Below, piece by piece: positions 20,534 to 31,536 of a stretch of DNA of 64,000 bases (the stretch's first letter is position 1; every line of letters begins with the position of its first letter). Below the pieces are notes generated by a model that was not told the DNA's origin, did no database searches, and was given only the letters and a program-made list of their open reading frames with translations. The stretch is from positions 4,288,001 to 4,352,000 of the forward strand of contig CATQHZ020000001.1 in NCBI GenBank assembly GCA_958296135.2. Reading direction: 5' to 3'. This stretch comes from an uncultured Poribacteria bacterium. Lineage in GTDB: Bacteria; Poribacteria; WGA-4E; WGA-3G. The position numbers and the translations under genes were made by a program.

Positions 20534-21913
20534 ATGCATCTTCCAACACCTATTCCCAACGATACGCCACGGCGCATTATCGGGCGCTCGGCACCGATGC
20601 AGGAGGTCCTTCGCCTTGTGCGGCAGGTTGCGCCGACAAACGCCACGGTGCTCATCACCGGTGAGACAGGGGTGGGCAAAGATGTCATCGCGCAAGCTAT
20701 CCATGAGCGCAGCCCGCGGAAAACCGGACCGTTCAAGGCTGTCAACTGCGGTGTGTTTCACGGCGAGCTGTTGCAAAGCGAGCTTTTCGGACATGAGAAA
20801 GGCGCGTTTACCGATGCCGCCACCCTCCGCCGCGGCGTGTTTGAACAAGCACACACCGGCACGCTGTTCCTCGATGAAGTCGGCGAGATGTCGCCTAAAA
20901 CGCAAGTGGAGTTCCTCCGCGTGCTAGAGACGCGCGAATTTACGCGCCTCGGCGGCGAAAAAAACATTCACGTGGATGTCCGAATTATCGCTGCTACCAA
21001 CGTTGAACTCGGCACATCCGTGCAGCGGAAAACCTTCCGGCAAGACCTTTACTACCGTCTCAACCTCTTTCGCATCCATATCCCACCGTTGCGTGAGCGT
21101 CGCGAGGATATCCCGCTCTTCGTCCACGCGTTCATCGCTGAATTGAGTGCCGAACACGGGAAACCGGTTACCGGTATTACGCCGGCGACACTCGCCTATC
21201 TTGAACAGGCGGACTGGCCAGGCAACGTGCGGGAGCTCCGAAATGCCGTTGAAAGTGCTATCATTGTCGCCGCATCGGACGAATTGGAACGCCGCGATTT
21301 TCCGCTTGATTCGGTGCCTGCGCCGGTCGCTGTGCTGCCCACATTACACACCAATGCCCTGGCACCTGTTGCTGCCGAGCCGCTCGAAAACGTGGCGATT
21401 TACAAGACAATTCTCGGACTGATTTTCGCTGCGCTGCGCTTGCTTGGAGACGATGCTTCCAGCCTCATGCCGGGGAGGAATGAACTGCAGATAGCGATTC
21501 CTGATGAGGATACCAGTTGGCTGCAAATCGCTGATGATGTGGATGCATCGGTTATCCTGCAGAAGGCGTTAGCGGTGCTTTCAACCGTCGCCAAACAAAT
21601 GGAGGAAACGCCTTTGCCGCTGCCTGTACCGGTTGCGGAAGTTCAAGACCGGGAGGGCGCGCCTATTGGCATTCGGGACCGGGAGAACCCGCCGACAGGG
21701 GTTCTTGATGTGGCAATCGTTCCAACGGCGTTTGACGAAGATACCATCGGCAAAGTCGGTATGACGATGGCAGAGATTGAGAAGGCTGCTATCCAAAAGA
21801 CGCTTGTGGAGGCAGACGGAAATAAGACGGAGGCGGCGAAGATTCTGGACATCGGCGTGCGAACGTTGCATCGGAAATTGGAGGCGTATCGGCAGGATGA
21901 GCAGGATGGCTAG
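20534..21913 (+). CDS. Sigma-54-dependent Fis-family activator without N-terminal sensor domain
   Basis: GETGVGKD, SELFGHEKGAFTDA, FLDEVGE, WPGNVREL, C-terminal GNKTEAAKILDI HTH. Confidence 0.9.
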   Translation: MHLPTPIPNDTPRRIIGRSAPMQEVLRLVRQVAPTNATVLITGETGVGKDVIAQAIHERSPRKTGPFKAVNCGVFHGELLQSELFGHEKGAFTDAATLRRGVFEQAHTGTLFLDEVGEMSPKTQVEFLRVLETREFTRLGGEKNIHVDVRIIAATNVELGTSVQRKTFRQDLYYRLNLFRIHIPPLRERREDIPLFVHAFIAELSAEHGKPVTGITPATLAYLEQADWPGNVRELRNAVESAIIVAASDELERRDFPLDSVPAPVAVLPTLHTNALAPVAAEPLENVAIYKTILGLIFAALRLLGDDASSLMPGRNELQIAIPDEDTSWLQIADDVDASVILQKALAVLSTVAKQMEETPLPLPVPVAEVQDREGAPIGIRDRENPPTGVLDVAIVPTAFDEDTIGKVGMTMAEIEKAAIQKTLVEADGNKTEAAKILDIGVRTLHRKLEAYRQDEQDG

Positions 21914-21951
21914 CGCGCGAGGGACAGGCAACACCTCCTATCCCCGGCGGG

Positions 21952-24651
21952 TTATTCCTCTACCGTGCTGTAGTAAATCGCATTGAAGAGCAGCTTAAAT
22001 GTGCCGTGCGATTGCCCCCGATGCTGCGGTTTGAATCCAAAGAGAACCACACGTCCTGCGCCGAGGGAAGTTTCTAATAACGCGCCTTTCTGGCGGATGC
22101 GCTTTTCTCCCTCAAGCCACCCGCTCATCAACGGATTAAACGCCGGATACGTCGCGATAACTGCACCGCCGCGCGTGGCATCAAAAACAGGCCCCGATTT
22201 GAAAAAGAGTGCCATCTCCGGTGCTAACCCATACCCAATCGGGTGCTTCGTCTCTATCCGTGCGCGCAACAACGAACCGGGACAGAAAAATACCGCGTCA
22301 GTCGCTTGATTTGTTTTTTTTACCACATTGACGATGCCTCGCTCACTGAGCCCAAAGTATGCCAACGGCAGTTCTGTCGCGCGGTTGAGGCAGATGAGAC
22401 TGCCTCCCTCTTCCACGAACGTGTGCAAATTCGCCAGTCCCTCCGTGCCAATCCCCCCGACATATTCCGGCGGCAACGCGCCTATCGGATGCCCGTTGAG
22501 AATAGCAGCAGCTCCCATGTCCGGCAAAATAATTGCATCGTATCGCGATGCCAACTCGCCCGCGCGGATTTCCGCATTCGTGAGGCTATAATAGACGCAT
22601 TCGTGCGTATCCAACACCCACCGCGTCCATCCTTCGTCCATGTTTGCTGTCCACGGTTTGTAGAGCCCAACGCGGGGAGGTGTCAGTTGTGAGAACGTCC
22701 GGGTGAAAGTTTCGTCGTCAAGCGCGGCATTTGCGTAAATCTGGATGCCAAATTCCTCCGCCAACGCCTGTATCTCTTCAATTTCTAGCGATGCCTGTCC
22801 TTGCTCCGTAGTGCGAGGGCCTGTCCCTCGCAAACGTGCCGCATCAGAAACCGTTCGAGGCGTTGCTATCCTTACCAAAATCGAGCCACGCGCAAACTCT
22901 TTCCCTTGCACCTCAAGTTCACGTCTTGCCCAATACATTTGATATCGCGGGGCACCGTCCGCCAATTTCGCGTTAAACAGGCGATTGAGGACAATAGCCT
23001 CCACGTTCGATCGGTTTTCAAACAGATACCCGGTTGGCTCCGGCACGCGGTGCAACTTTCCCTGCACCGTTGGAAGTGTCTCAACCCGCGTCACATCCGC
23101 CTCAAACGGATGCACCACCGTCACCGTGCGGACACCCATTTGTAACGGCAGCGTCCATCCGGCGATGTCGTAAGGACGCTCGGGCGGCGATTGCGGCGAA
23201 GGCCGGCGTTCCGGATACTGCTGCACCTCCAATAAATCCTTCGCGTGCGCGCGAAAGGGTTGCGACATCAAAACGACGTAAGTTCCTAGCGGATATTCCA
23301 CGCCATCCGCCGTAAACGGCGCGTTCGCCTGATGGATTTCAACACCGCCGCGCTGGAGGATGTCCAACATCTTGCGCGCGGTGTGCCAGTCGCGTTGCTG
23401 CATGGGGATGAGGAAGGCGCGCGGCGGTTCATTTTTGCCCTTCTCTATCGCTTGCAGCCCCATCTGGTAAAAGTTCCTCTTCAGCGTTACCCGATGCTGC
23501 GCGGCAAATGTGAGAATAGAACGCGCCGCTGCCAATTCATAGTCAACGATGTCTCGCAGCCGCCACCATCCCCCCGGCCACGGTTCAGGGAAATTGGTTC
23601 GGAGGGCGTATTTATCCAAGCCGCGCCGATACCCTTTGAGCGTTCCGTGCGGTTGGAAAATCGGGGTGGCAATTTTGACGCGCGCCGCCTCCGTCAAAAT
23701 CCCCACCATGTTATGCCGATACGGCACGGTGCGAAAGCCGCCGTGCCACCACGTATCGTAGACTGCACTTGAAAGCACGCCGGTGAAACCTTGCGAAGTG
23801 AAATCAAAGGCGAGTTGCGCGCCGATGAGCGATAACGTCCGTTGTAACAGCGGCGGGATATTCGGATTCACCGGCTCAAAATAGGGCGGAATCACGAACC
23901 GCGGTCCGCGATAACTCATCTCATGCACATCGTAGACGACTTCCGGAAACCATTCCTCATAAAGCACGCGCGTGAGCAGCTGCGTCTCAACCTGCGTCAA
24001 CATGAACCAATCGCGGTTGTTATCGTGTCCCGTGTATTTCTGATACAGCCACGGCAGTTCTGCGCCTTCATACGGCGTGCCAACTGTGCGCTGATACCAC
24101 TCCACGACAATGTTCAACCCATCAGGGTTTGCCGAAGGAATGAGCAGCACGATGACGTTCTCGAGAATCGCCTGCATTTCGGGAGTCTCCGCCATGGCGA
24201 ATTGATAGGCGAGCTCCATCGACATCTGCGATGAGGCAATCTCGGTGGAATGCAAATTGCAGTTGACCAGGGCGACAGTCTTGCCTTCCTCACAGAAGGT
24301 ATCTAACGTATCACGTCTGTCTGCATCGGGATAAGCGAGTTGCCGCTGGATGGCCTTGTAGCGCGCCAGATTCGCCAAATTCTCCGGCGCAGAGATAAGC
24401 AGCATCACAAAATCGTCGCCTTCTGTCGTCTTACCGAGGACTTCCAGTTGCACCCGGTCTGACGTGTCCGCGACGTGCCGTAGGTAGTTAGAAACGGCTG
24501 TCCATCCGGCGACTTTGTAATCCGCGCCGACTTGAAATCCGAGTGCTTCTTCGGGGGGCATCGGCTGCGCAGCGAGGGGCGAGATGGGTATCCAAAAAGC
24601 GAGCAGTAGCAAGGATATCCAATTGTAGTGAACGCTATCAAACCTTTTCAT
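21952..24651 (-). CDS. Secreted M14 zinc carboxypeptidase with C-terminal class-I glutamine amidotransferase-like domain
   Basis: LHSTE, NPDG, DNNRDW, DVHEM, PYDIAGWTLPL, MDEGWTRW; GGAG RBS before ATG at 24651. Confidence 0.85.
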   Translation of the reverse strand: MKRFDSVHYNWISLLLLAFWIPISPLAAQPMPPEEALGFQVGADYKVAGWTAVSNYLRHVADTSDRVQLEVLGKTTEGDDFVMLLISAPENLANLARYKAIQRQLAYPDADRRDTLDTFCEEGKTVALVNCNLHSTEIASSQMSMELAYQFAMAETPEMQAILENVIVLLIPSANPDGLNIVVEWYQRTVGTPYEGAELPWLYQKYTGHDNNRDWFMLTQVETQLLTRVLYEEWFPEVVYDVHEMSYRGPRFVIPPYFEPVNPNIPPLLQRTLSLIGAQLAFDFTSQGFTGVLSSAVYDTWWHGGFRTVPYRHNMVGILTEAARVKIATPIFQPHGTLKGYRRGLDKYALRTNFPEPWPGGWWRLRDIVDYELAAARSILTFAAQHRVTLKRNFYQMGLQAIEKGKNEPPRAFLIPMQQRDWHTARKMLDILQRGGVEIHQANAPFTADGVEYPLGTYVVLMSQPFRAHAKDLLEVQQYPERRPSPQSPPERPYDIAGWTLPLQMGVRTVTVVHPFEADVTRVETLPTVQGKLHRVPEPTGYLFENRSNVEAIVLNRLFNAKLADGAPRYQMYWARRELEVQGKEFARGSILVRIATPRTVSDAARLRGTGPRTTEQGQASLEIEEIQALAEEFGIQIYANAALDDETFTRTFSQLTPPRVGLYKPWTANMDEGWTRWVLDTHECVYYSLTNAEIRAGELASRYDAIILPDMGAAAILNGHPIGALPPEYVGGIGTEGLANLHTFVEEGGSLICLNRATELPLAYFGLSERGIVNVVKKTNQATDAVFFCPGSLLRARIETKHPIGYGLAPEMALFFKSGPVFDATRGGAVIATYPAFNPLMSGWLEGEKRIRQKGALLETSLGAGRVVLFGFKPQHRGQSHGTFKLLFNAIYYSTVEE

Positions 24652-25464
24652 CAGCGATTTCTCCATTTGCATCATTTTTGCCCGGTGGGCGCGGTTTGAT
24701 GTCCCGCAGTTCCGTAGGGCGAGGGCTGTCCCTCGTCGAGCCATGGCGTACGCGGGGGACAGGCCCCCGCGCTACGTTCCAAGGGGGTTTTGATCTTCAT
24801 CCGAGGGCGATTTCATTGAAAGATAGTCAGAGTCTAACATAAATCACGCGAGATGTCAACATCACAATTGGCATGCATCGGACGATTTAGTTCTTGAATG
24901 AACGGTAAGGGCGGATGTCCCTATCCGCCCGTTCGATTTCGGTGAGAAAAGGCTGGACTTCAGACGCATCTTCAACTCAAAGAGGTAGCGTGCCCATCGC
25001 TGGTGCTAACCGAGCCACTCGGCAGCCTCGCCCATCTTAACTCTTATGTTTTGCATATATCTACATTATACCCCATTTTTAGAGAGACTGCAAATAAAAA
25101 GTGCAGTTCATACAGATTATTACGGAGTTAATCATAAGTGTCTAGGTTCTTGCGCCCTGCACCGAGCCCCTTGTTGCCGAACCAAGCGTTCCTTCAGACC
25201 TGGAATTCCCCATTCAAACAACATCGATAAAAAATCTTTCCTTGACAATTTCTCCACGTTATGATATTTTATACAGAAGGTTTTTGGGACATGCATCCCC
25301 AGAACATCTAAACACGCGCTCAAGGAGGAAAATAGGACGGACGCAAGGGCTATCAGCTGCCACCGGTAGGCTCGGTTTGAAACCCCGTCTACGGCGTTGA
25401 GTCTGCGTTCGTGCTAGAAAAGAGAAACTGAATGAAAAAAGTTGACATCATCCCATCTATAAAC

Positions 25465-26670
25465 ATGGAACGCCTCAACTGTCTCTTTGGCATTTTGATT
25501 GCACTGCTGACGGTTTGCCTCGGCTGTGATACAAAGCCGAAGGGCCCGAGCAATCTCTCGGTAGGGAAAAGTAAGCTGGTCGACAGCGGGCTCGCGCTAG
25601 AGGCGGTGAAACATCTCGAGAAGGCGGTGCAGGAGGAAGAAAAGAAGGTGGAGCCGCGCGCGCTCCTGCTGCTCGCTTATTCGCACGGGCTCGCCGATAA
25701 CAGTGCGCGCAGCCACGGTGTTGAAGCCGAATACAAAAATCAACGCGCGCAACGGATAGCGGCACTCACCGAGGCGGAAATGAAGGCTATTCTGCAGACG
25801 CTCAACAACCCTTCGCGCATCCGCAAATCAGGCTTGCAAGTGCTCGTTGACAAAGGCACCCCGGCAGCCGCGCTGCTGCTAGAAAGTCTCGTGAAAGGGA
25901 GATATCCTGGGCTCCATGAGAGCTTCACCGAAATGCTGTTCCAGATTGGCAGCGCGGGGCTCCCGCTGATTTTAGAGGCACTCTCGGCGGCGGCGACACC
26001 GTCGCCTGTCAAGGCGAAGCTGGTCCGCGTCATTGCGGACATCGGCGATGAACAGGCGATTGATGCGCTCAAATCCCTGCAACAAACTACGATGGATGCC
26101 GGGCTGACGATGGAGATAAACACGACGCTCTATCAACTCGGCGAGGCTGCCTATAAGGATGCCATCCTCGCGGGGTTAGGCGATAGCGATGTCGCGGTCC
26201 GGCGCGCCGCCGCGAAGGCAATGGTGACTATCCGCGACGTTCCGCCGGAAACCCTCATCGCCGGCCTGAAAGACAGCGATGCCGCCGCGGTCACGGATTT
26301 GGTAAAAGCCCTCGCGATGCACCGCGATACCGCTGCGGTTGAACCGCTGCTAGCTGTCCTCACCGGGGAGCTAAGCAAAACGCCGAAGCAGGCTGCTATT
26401 GATACGCTTGAGATTTATGCGGCGAACAAATTGGCGAAAACGTTGGCCAGGGACGTTACCACGCTCCTCACCGATGGGAAGGTGAGCGATGCAAACAGTA
26501 GGCTCCATCTCGTGTTGCTCCTCAAGCGGGAACCGCTACGCAAGCAGATTCTTGCGACAAACTCTGTCTACCAGTTGGAGTCCAAGCTCTATGAATACTA
26601 TCAAAAGACTGAGCAGAGTGAACAGGTGAAAACCACGCTTTCGCAGTTGTTGGAGCTGCTTTCCCGGTAG
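25465..26670 (+). CDS. HEAT-repeat lipoprotein (paralog 1)
   Basis: Lipobox-like VCLGC; DSDVAVRRAAAKA HEAT repeats. Confidence 0.75.
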   Translation: MERLNCLFGILIALLTVCLGCDTKPKGPSNLSVGKSKLVDSGLALEAVKHLEKAVQEEEKKVEPRALLLLAYSHGLADNSARSHGVEAEYKNQRAQRIAALTEAEMKAILQTLNNPSRIRKSGLQVLVDKGTPAAALLLESLVKGRYPGLHESFTEMLFQIGSAGLPLILEALSAAATPSPVKAKLVRVIADIGDEQAIDALKSLQQTTMDAGLTMEINTTLYQLGEAAYKDAILAGLGDSDVAVRRAAAKAMVTIRDVPPETLIAGLKDSDAAAVTDLVKALAMHRDTAAVEPLLAVLTGELSKTPKQAAIDTLEIYAANKLAKTLARDVTTLLTDGKVSDANSRLHLVLLLKREPLRKQILATNSVYQLESKLYEYYQKTEQSEQVKTTLSQLLELLSR

Positions 26671-26979
26671 GGCTTGGGTTGAAACGGCGCGCTGCATGAA
26701 GTTTCAGGAAAGTGCGCCGAGTAGCACACGGTAAGCACGCCCGCTTTAACCCGTAGGGCAGGGGAAGCCTGTTTCTTGTGGTGCCGCGGCGTCCCGGGGG
26801 CCATACGGCGAGAGCAGGTCCCTCGCCACGCTGCGATTGCCAACATTAATTTTCTTGACACAAAAACGGAATTATTGTAACATATTTGTTAACATTGTGC
26901 TCGCTTTATCCAGAAGGCGCGCTTGCGAAACATGCAGCGCACGCGGAGGCGAGCCTATAGGAGGAAACATAAACGGAAC

Positions 26980-28170
26980 ATGAAAAGAGTTTTGACGATA
27001 TTGCTGCTTATCGCTGTCGTGAGCATCGGCTGCCAACAGGAACAGGTGATTACCCAACTTGAAGTCGGTCGCGCGAAGTTGCTAGACGCGGGCCTTGCCG
27101 TCGAGGCGGTAGAGCACCTCAAGCGTGCCGAGGTGGAAGAAGCAAACAAAGTGGAGCCTCGTGCACTGCTAGTGATTGCTTACGGCTACGCGCTTGATGA
27201 AAACATGGCGAAAGTGCTCCATCTGGAGAACGAATACCAGGCCGAACGCGACCGGCGGATTCCGGAACTGGGCGAATATGAGATGAAGAAAATTCTGCAA
27301 ATTCTTGACGAACGCCACCGCGTCCAGAAATCCGCCATGAAAATCCTTGTTGATAAAGGCGCGCCCGCTGTCCCGTTCGTTTTGGAGGACCTCGTGAAAG
27401 GCCGCTATAAGCATGTCCACAACGACTTAATAGAAATCTTGACGCAGATCGGCTCCAAAGCGGTCGACCAGCTCCTCGCCGCCGCAGGCGACGCGAAAAC
27501 GCCTGCCGCTTTGAAGATGCGGCTCGTCCGAATCATCGGTGACATCGGCGATGTGTCCGCCACTGCCGGCTTGGAATCGCTCGGAAACGCAACACCGCAC
27601 GCCGGGGTAAAGATGGAGGTGAACACCGCACTCTATCTGTTCGGAAACAAAGCGTATCAAGATAAAATCATCGCGGGACTCGACGACAGTGACGTTACCG
27701 TCCGGCGAGCCGCTTCCAAGGCGATGGTTTCTCTCACCGCGCCACCGACAGCCGAGATAGTCAAGGAACTCAAAGATGAAGACGACACCGTGCGGCTGTA
27801 CGCCGCGGAGGCACTACAGAAACATCCTGATGCAAGCGCGGTGGATAACCTCATTGACGCACTCACGAGCAATTCCACCACGCACACCAAGCAGGTGTTT
27901 CTGGATACGCTGAACCTTTACGCCGAAACCGGCCTCGCAAACGGGTTAGCAGGACGGCTCATCACCCTGCTCACAACTACTGAAGTCACTGAGCATGAAG
28001 ACAGGCTCCGCATCGTGCAACTCCTGAAGAAGCCTGCCCTGAGGAAGCAAATTCAAGAGGCAGACCAGTACGACAATCTGCCACACAAACTTGACGATTA
28101 TTTCCGGACGAAAGAAGGCAACGACATGGTGAAAGTCGCGCTCAATGAGCTCCTCCTCGTGCTAGAGTGA
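26980..28170 (+). CDS. HEAT-repeat lipoprotein (paralog 2)
   Basis: Lipobox-like SIGC; DSDVTVRRAASKA; collinear with the upstream paralog. Confidence 0.78.
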   Translation: MKRVLTILLLIAVVSIGCQQEQVITQLEVGRAKLLDAGLAVEAVEHLKRAEVEEANKVEPRALLVIAYGYALDENMAKVLHLENEYQAERDRRIPELGEYEMKKILQILDERHRVQKSAMKILVDKGAPAVPFVLEDLVKGRYKHVHNDLIEILTQIGSKAVDQLLAAAGDAKTPAALKMRLVRIIGDIGDVSATAGLESLGNATPHAGVKMEVNTALYLFGNKAYQDKIIAGLDDSDVTVRRAASKAMVSLTAPPTAEIVKELKDEDDTVRLYAAEALQKHPDASAVDNLIDALTSNSTTHTKQVFLDTLNLYAETGLANGLAGRLITLLTTTEVTEHEDRLRIVQLLKKPALRKQIQEADQYDNLPHKLDDYFRTKEGNDMVKVALNELLLVLE

Positions 28171-28187
28171 TACACGGCTCCCCAGGC

Positions 28188-28292
28188 CGTAGCGCGAGGG
28201 ACAGGCCCGCGCCGTGCCGTGAAGTTCCGGAGTCCGTAAGGCGCGGGCCGTTCAAGAAGGTTCGCGGGGGACAGGTTTTCCCTCGCGCTACG
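28188..28292. repeat. REP cluster
   Basis: cgtagcgcgagggacaggccc and gggacaggttttccctcgcgctacgg. Confidence 0.7.
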
Positions 28293-28323
28293 GACCACGG
28301 ACGTTTAATATGGAGGCACTTCC

Positions 28324-29490
28324 ATGCAGAACTATCCGAACGACATCAAAATTATCAACATCGAGCAGGTTACCGTGCAAGTAGATCAGCCTGCCATCGG
28401 CTGTAACTCCGGTGCAAAGGAGATAGTCCAGCCGGACCCGAACAGGAAGTGGAATGAACGCATCATCCGCATCCAGACGAACGATGGAACACTCGGATGG
28501 GGGGCTGGCAGTTGGGGCACAACTACCGCCGAAGCCGCGCGAGGCGCGCTTAACCGAAACCCGTTTGAGCTCCTGAATCCGGAAATCGGAGTCGTCGAAG
28601 AGTTCCGTGGGCTTGAAAACGCGCTGTGGGATATTATCGGACGCATTCTCGGCAAGCCGGCGTATCAACTGATGGGGGCCGAGGCACATAGCAACGGACT
28701 CCCCGCTTACGACAGCACTATCTACTTCAATGATCTTCTGTATGACACGAAGGCTGAGGGGCTCAGACGCATCGAAGACGATGTCAAAAGCAGCCTTGCC
28801 AACGGGTTTGTCGCCTGCAAAATGAAAATGGGACGCGGTAACCATCTCATGGAACGTAAGGCGGGGCTCCATCGCGACATTGAACTCGTCCGGCTTGCGC
28901 GCAGCACCGCCGGCGAAGGGTTCACTATCCTCGTGGACGCAAACAATGCGTATACTTACGATGAAGTCATCACTTTTCTCACCGAAACTAGCGATTGCGA
29001 TGTGTTTTGGATCGAGGAGATGTTTGACGAGGATGTTGAATTGTATCGCAACCTCAAAGCGTGGATTCAAGAAAAAGGATTAAAAACGCTCATCGCCGAT
29101 GGCGAAACCCGCACGCGGGAACCGCTTGAATTCTATGAGCCGTTCTTTGAGGCGGGGGTTATTGATGTCATCCAACACGATATGAAAGGGCTTGGGGTGA
29201 CCGGCTGGCGGCGGCTTGCCGATATGGCCGGGGCGGCAAATGTCCAATGCGCGCCGCATAACTGGGGCTCGCTGCTCGGCTTCTTCCTCAGCCTCCAATT
29301 CGGGAAGACGATTCCGCATTTCCTCTACGGCGAGGTTGCAACGCTCACCAGCGATGTCGTGGATACCTCCGGTTTCAAGTTTACGGACGGCTTTTTCACG
29401 GTGCCGGAAACCCCCGGCCTCGGCCTGGAATTGAACGAAGAGGTCTACGCGGAACGTTACGCAGGTCAGGAAGAATGGCAGGTTGCCTAA
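28324..29490 (+). CDS. Mandelate racemase/muconate lactonizing enzyme family protein
   Basis: ALWDIIG, KMKMG, VDAN, WIEE, ADGE, APHNW, PGLG. Confidence 0.85.
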   Translation: MQNYPNDIKIINIEQVTVQVDQPAIGCNSGAKEIVQPDPNRKWNERIIRIQTNDGTLGWGAGSWGTTTAEAARGALNRNPFELLNPEIGVVEEFRGLENALWDIIGRILGKPAYQLMGAEAHSNGLPAYDSTIYFNDLLYDTKAEGLRRIEDDVKSSLANGFVACKMKMGRGNHLMERKAGLHRDIELVRLARSTAGEGFTILVDANNAYTYDEVITFLTETSDCDVFWIEEMFDEDVELYRNLKAWIQEKGLKTLIADGETRTREPLEFYEPFFEAGVIDVIQHDMKGLGVTGWRRLADMAGAANVQCAPHNWGSLLGFFLSLQFGKTIPHFLYGEVATLTSDVVDTSGFKFTDGFFTVPETPGLGLELNEEVYAERYAGQEEWQVA

Positions 29491-29504
29491 AAACCGCCTT
29501 TGGC

Positions 29505-29699
29505 TCGTAGCGCGCGGGAAAACCTGTCCCTCGCGAACCTCCAACCTGGGAGCATCTGAAGGCGACGAACGTTTTCTGATTCGTTCGCGGCCTGGCGAAG
29601 GTCTGGCCCTCGCGAACCTCCACCCTGGGCGAATCCGAAGGCGACGAACGTTTTCTGATTCGTTCGCGGCCTGGCGAGGGACAGGCCCTCGCCCTACGG
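29505..29699. repeat. REP cluster with ~70-bp tandem duplication
   Basis: gaaggcgacgaacgttttctgattcgttcgcggcctggcga twice, flanked by GTAG/CTAC-footed palindromes. Confidence 0.8.
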
Positions 29700-29721
29700 T
29701 ATCAATGCTAGAGACAAACCC

Positions 29722-30798
29722 ATGTCAAAGATTCTCGTCGCGATGAGCGGTGGCGTGGATAGCTCCGTCACTGCCGCCATGATGGTAGACGCGGGGCACG
29801 ATGTCATCGGCATCACTATGCGCCTCGGCGCACCCGATACAATCGAGGTTGAGCCCGAACGTCCCAACTGCTGTTCACTGGAAGGCATTGAGGACGCGCG
29901 CCGCGTCGCCACGCAACTCGGCATCCCTTTCTACGGTGTCAACTACGAGGATATCTTCCGCGAACAGATTATTGATTACTTCGTGGAAGAATATCTCGTC
30001 GGCAGAACGCCGAGCCCGTGCATGGTGTGCAACCGCGAACTGAAGTTCGGTAAACTCCTCGCGCTTGCCGATACGCTGGAGTGCGACTTCATCGCGACAG
30101 GACATTACGCCCGAATTGAACGGCACCCAGAGACAGGACGCGCGCTATTACGCAAGGCACTGAATCCTGAGAAGGACCAGGCCTATTTCCTCGCTGCGCT
30201 CACGCAGGAGCAACTTCGGCGCGCGATGATGCCCCTCGGCGAATATACCAAAGCCGAGGTGCGCGAACTGGCCCGAAAATATCACCTACGCACCGCCGAA
30301 AAGGACGAAAGCCAAGAACTCTGCTTCGTAGCCGATACCAACTACCGACGCTTCCTGCAAGACAGGGTGCCGGAGAGAATTGTGGGCGGCGATATTGTGG
30401 ACAAAGATGGCAACATCCTCGGCAAGCATCAGGGAGTGCCGTTTTATACCGTTGGACAACGGCGCGGGCTCGGTATCGCCGCCGGAAAGCCGCTCTACGT
30501 GACGCAACTCAACGCTTCGGTGAATACCGTCGTCGTTGGGGAATCGGAAGCACTCTTGGCAGACACGATGCACGTCGAGCGGATAAACCTCATTGCCATT
30601 GACAGATTAACGGGGCCGATGCGTGCCACCGTCAAAATCCGTTCCCGCGATGAGGGAGGCATCGCGACGATTTCGCCGCTGAGCGAAACGGAGGCAGTCG
30701 TCAAGTTTGACGCACCGCGCCGAGCAATTACGCCGGGACAAGCCACCGTCTTTTACGATGGCGACTACGTCATCGGCGGGGGTTGGATTAAAGCGTAG
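29722..30798 (+). CDS. mnmA: tRNA-specific 2-thiouridylase MnmA
   Basis: AMSGGVDSS, TPSPCMVCN, ATGHYA, KDQ.YFL, SQELCF, YTVGQRRG, TPGQ. Confidence 0.97.
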   Translation: MSKILVAMSGGVDSSVTAAMMVDAGHDVIGITMRLGAPDTIEVEPERPNCCSLEGIEDARRVATQLGIPFYGVNYEDIFREQIIDYFVEEYLVGRTPSPCMVCNRELKFGKLLALADTLECDFIATGHYARIERHPETGRALLRKALNPEKDQAYFLAALTQEQLRRAMMPLGEYTKAEVRELARKYHLRTAEKDESQELCFVADTNYRRFLQDRVPERIVGGDIVDKDGNILGKHQGVPFYTVGQRRGLGIAAGKPLYVTQLNASVNTVVVGESEALLADTMHVERINLIAIDRLTGPMRATVKIRSRDEGGIATISPLSETEAVVKFDAPRRAITPGQATVFYDGDYVIGGGWIKA

Positions 30799-30858
30799 AA
30801 CCCACCTCCCCGTAGGCGCGACCTCCCGGTCGCGATGCCTATGGTTAGGAGAACAAGC

Positions 30859-31536
30859 ATGCAGCAAACCTTCACACCTGAAAACTTCAAAGCCGAATTC
30901 AGAACCCATTTTCAGAAACTCATCATCGCTTGGGGGATTTTGATGGGCGCGCTATTGCTGCTTCACCTTTACCTATGGCAATTCGCACCGTTTTTTGCGA
31001 CCCGAGATTGGATCGAGCCCGATTTAAGGTTTATCGCTGTCGGTGGGAGCATGTTCGGGCTCATCGCTATCGGGCTTTTTAACGGCATTGGGATTGTTGC
31101 CATCAGCACATGTAATGCTGTTGGGATTGTTGCCATCAGTGGTGGTAATGCCGTTGGGATTTTCGCCATCGGTACGAACGCTGTCGGCGTTATCGCCATA
31201 GGCTATAGCACGCTAGGGGTTATCACTATCGGCGGACAAGGCATAGGTATCTATTCCCTGTTCTACCACAAAAGAACGGAGAGAAATGCCCGCTGGTATC
31301 GAGCCAGATACATGCTCGCACCGCACCGTCAGGATGCCGAGGCGGTAGCCTTCTTTGGACGTTTTCATCCGAAGCGTGTTGCTGCAGTCATTCTTCTCGT
31401 TGGGTTCCTCGCTGTTTCTAGCGGCGCGGCTGCGGTAGCACTACCCTGTTCACACTGCGGGGAGATTGTCTTAACGTTGAACAAACAGAACCTTTTTGGT
31501 AAACACCTGATTTATTGCCCGCGTGCCGATCGGTAG
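30859..31536 (+). CDS. Hypothetical membrane protein with Gly-rich GxxAI repeats
   Basis: Repeated GIVAI/GVIAI 10-residue units; hydrophobic. Confidence 0.65.
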   Translation: MQQTFTPENFKAEFRTHFQKLIIAWGILMGALLLLHLYLWQFAPFFATRDWIEPDLRFIAVGGSMFGLIAIGLFNGIGIVAISTCNAVGIVAISGGNAVGIFAIGTNAVGVIAIGYSTLGVITIGGQGIGIYSLFYHKRTERNARWYRARYMLAPHRQDAEAVAFFGRFHPKRVAAVILLVGFLAVSSGAAAVALPCSHCGEIVLTLNKQNLFGKHLIYCPRADR

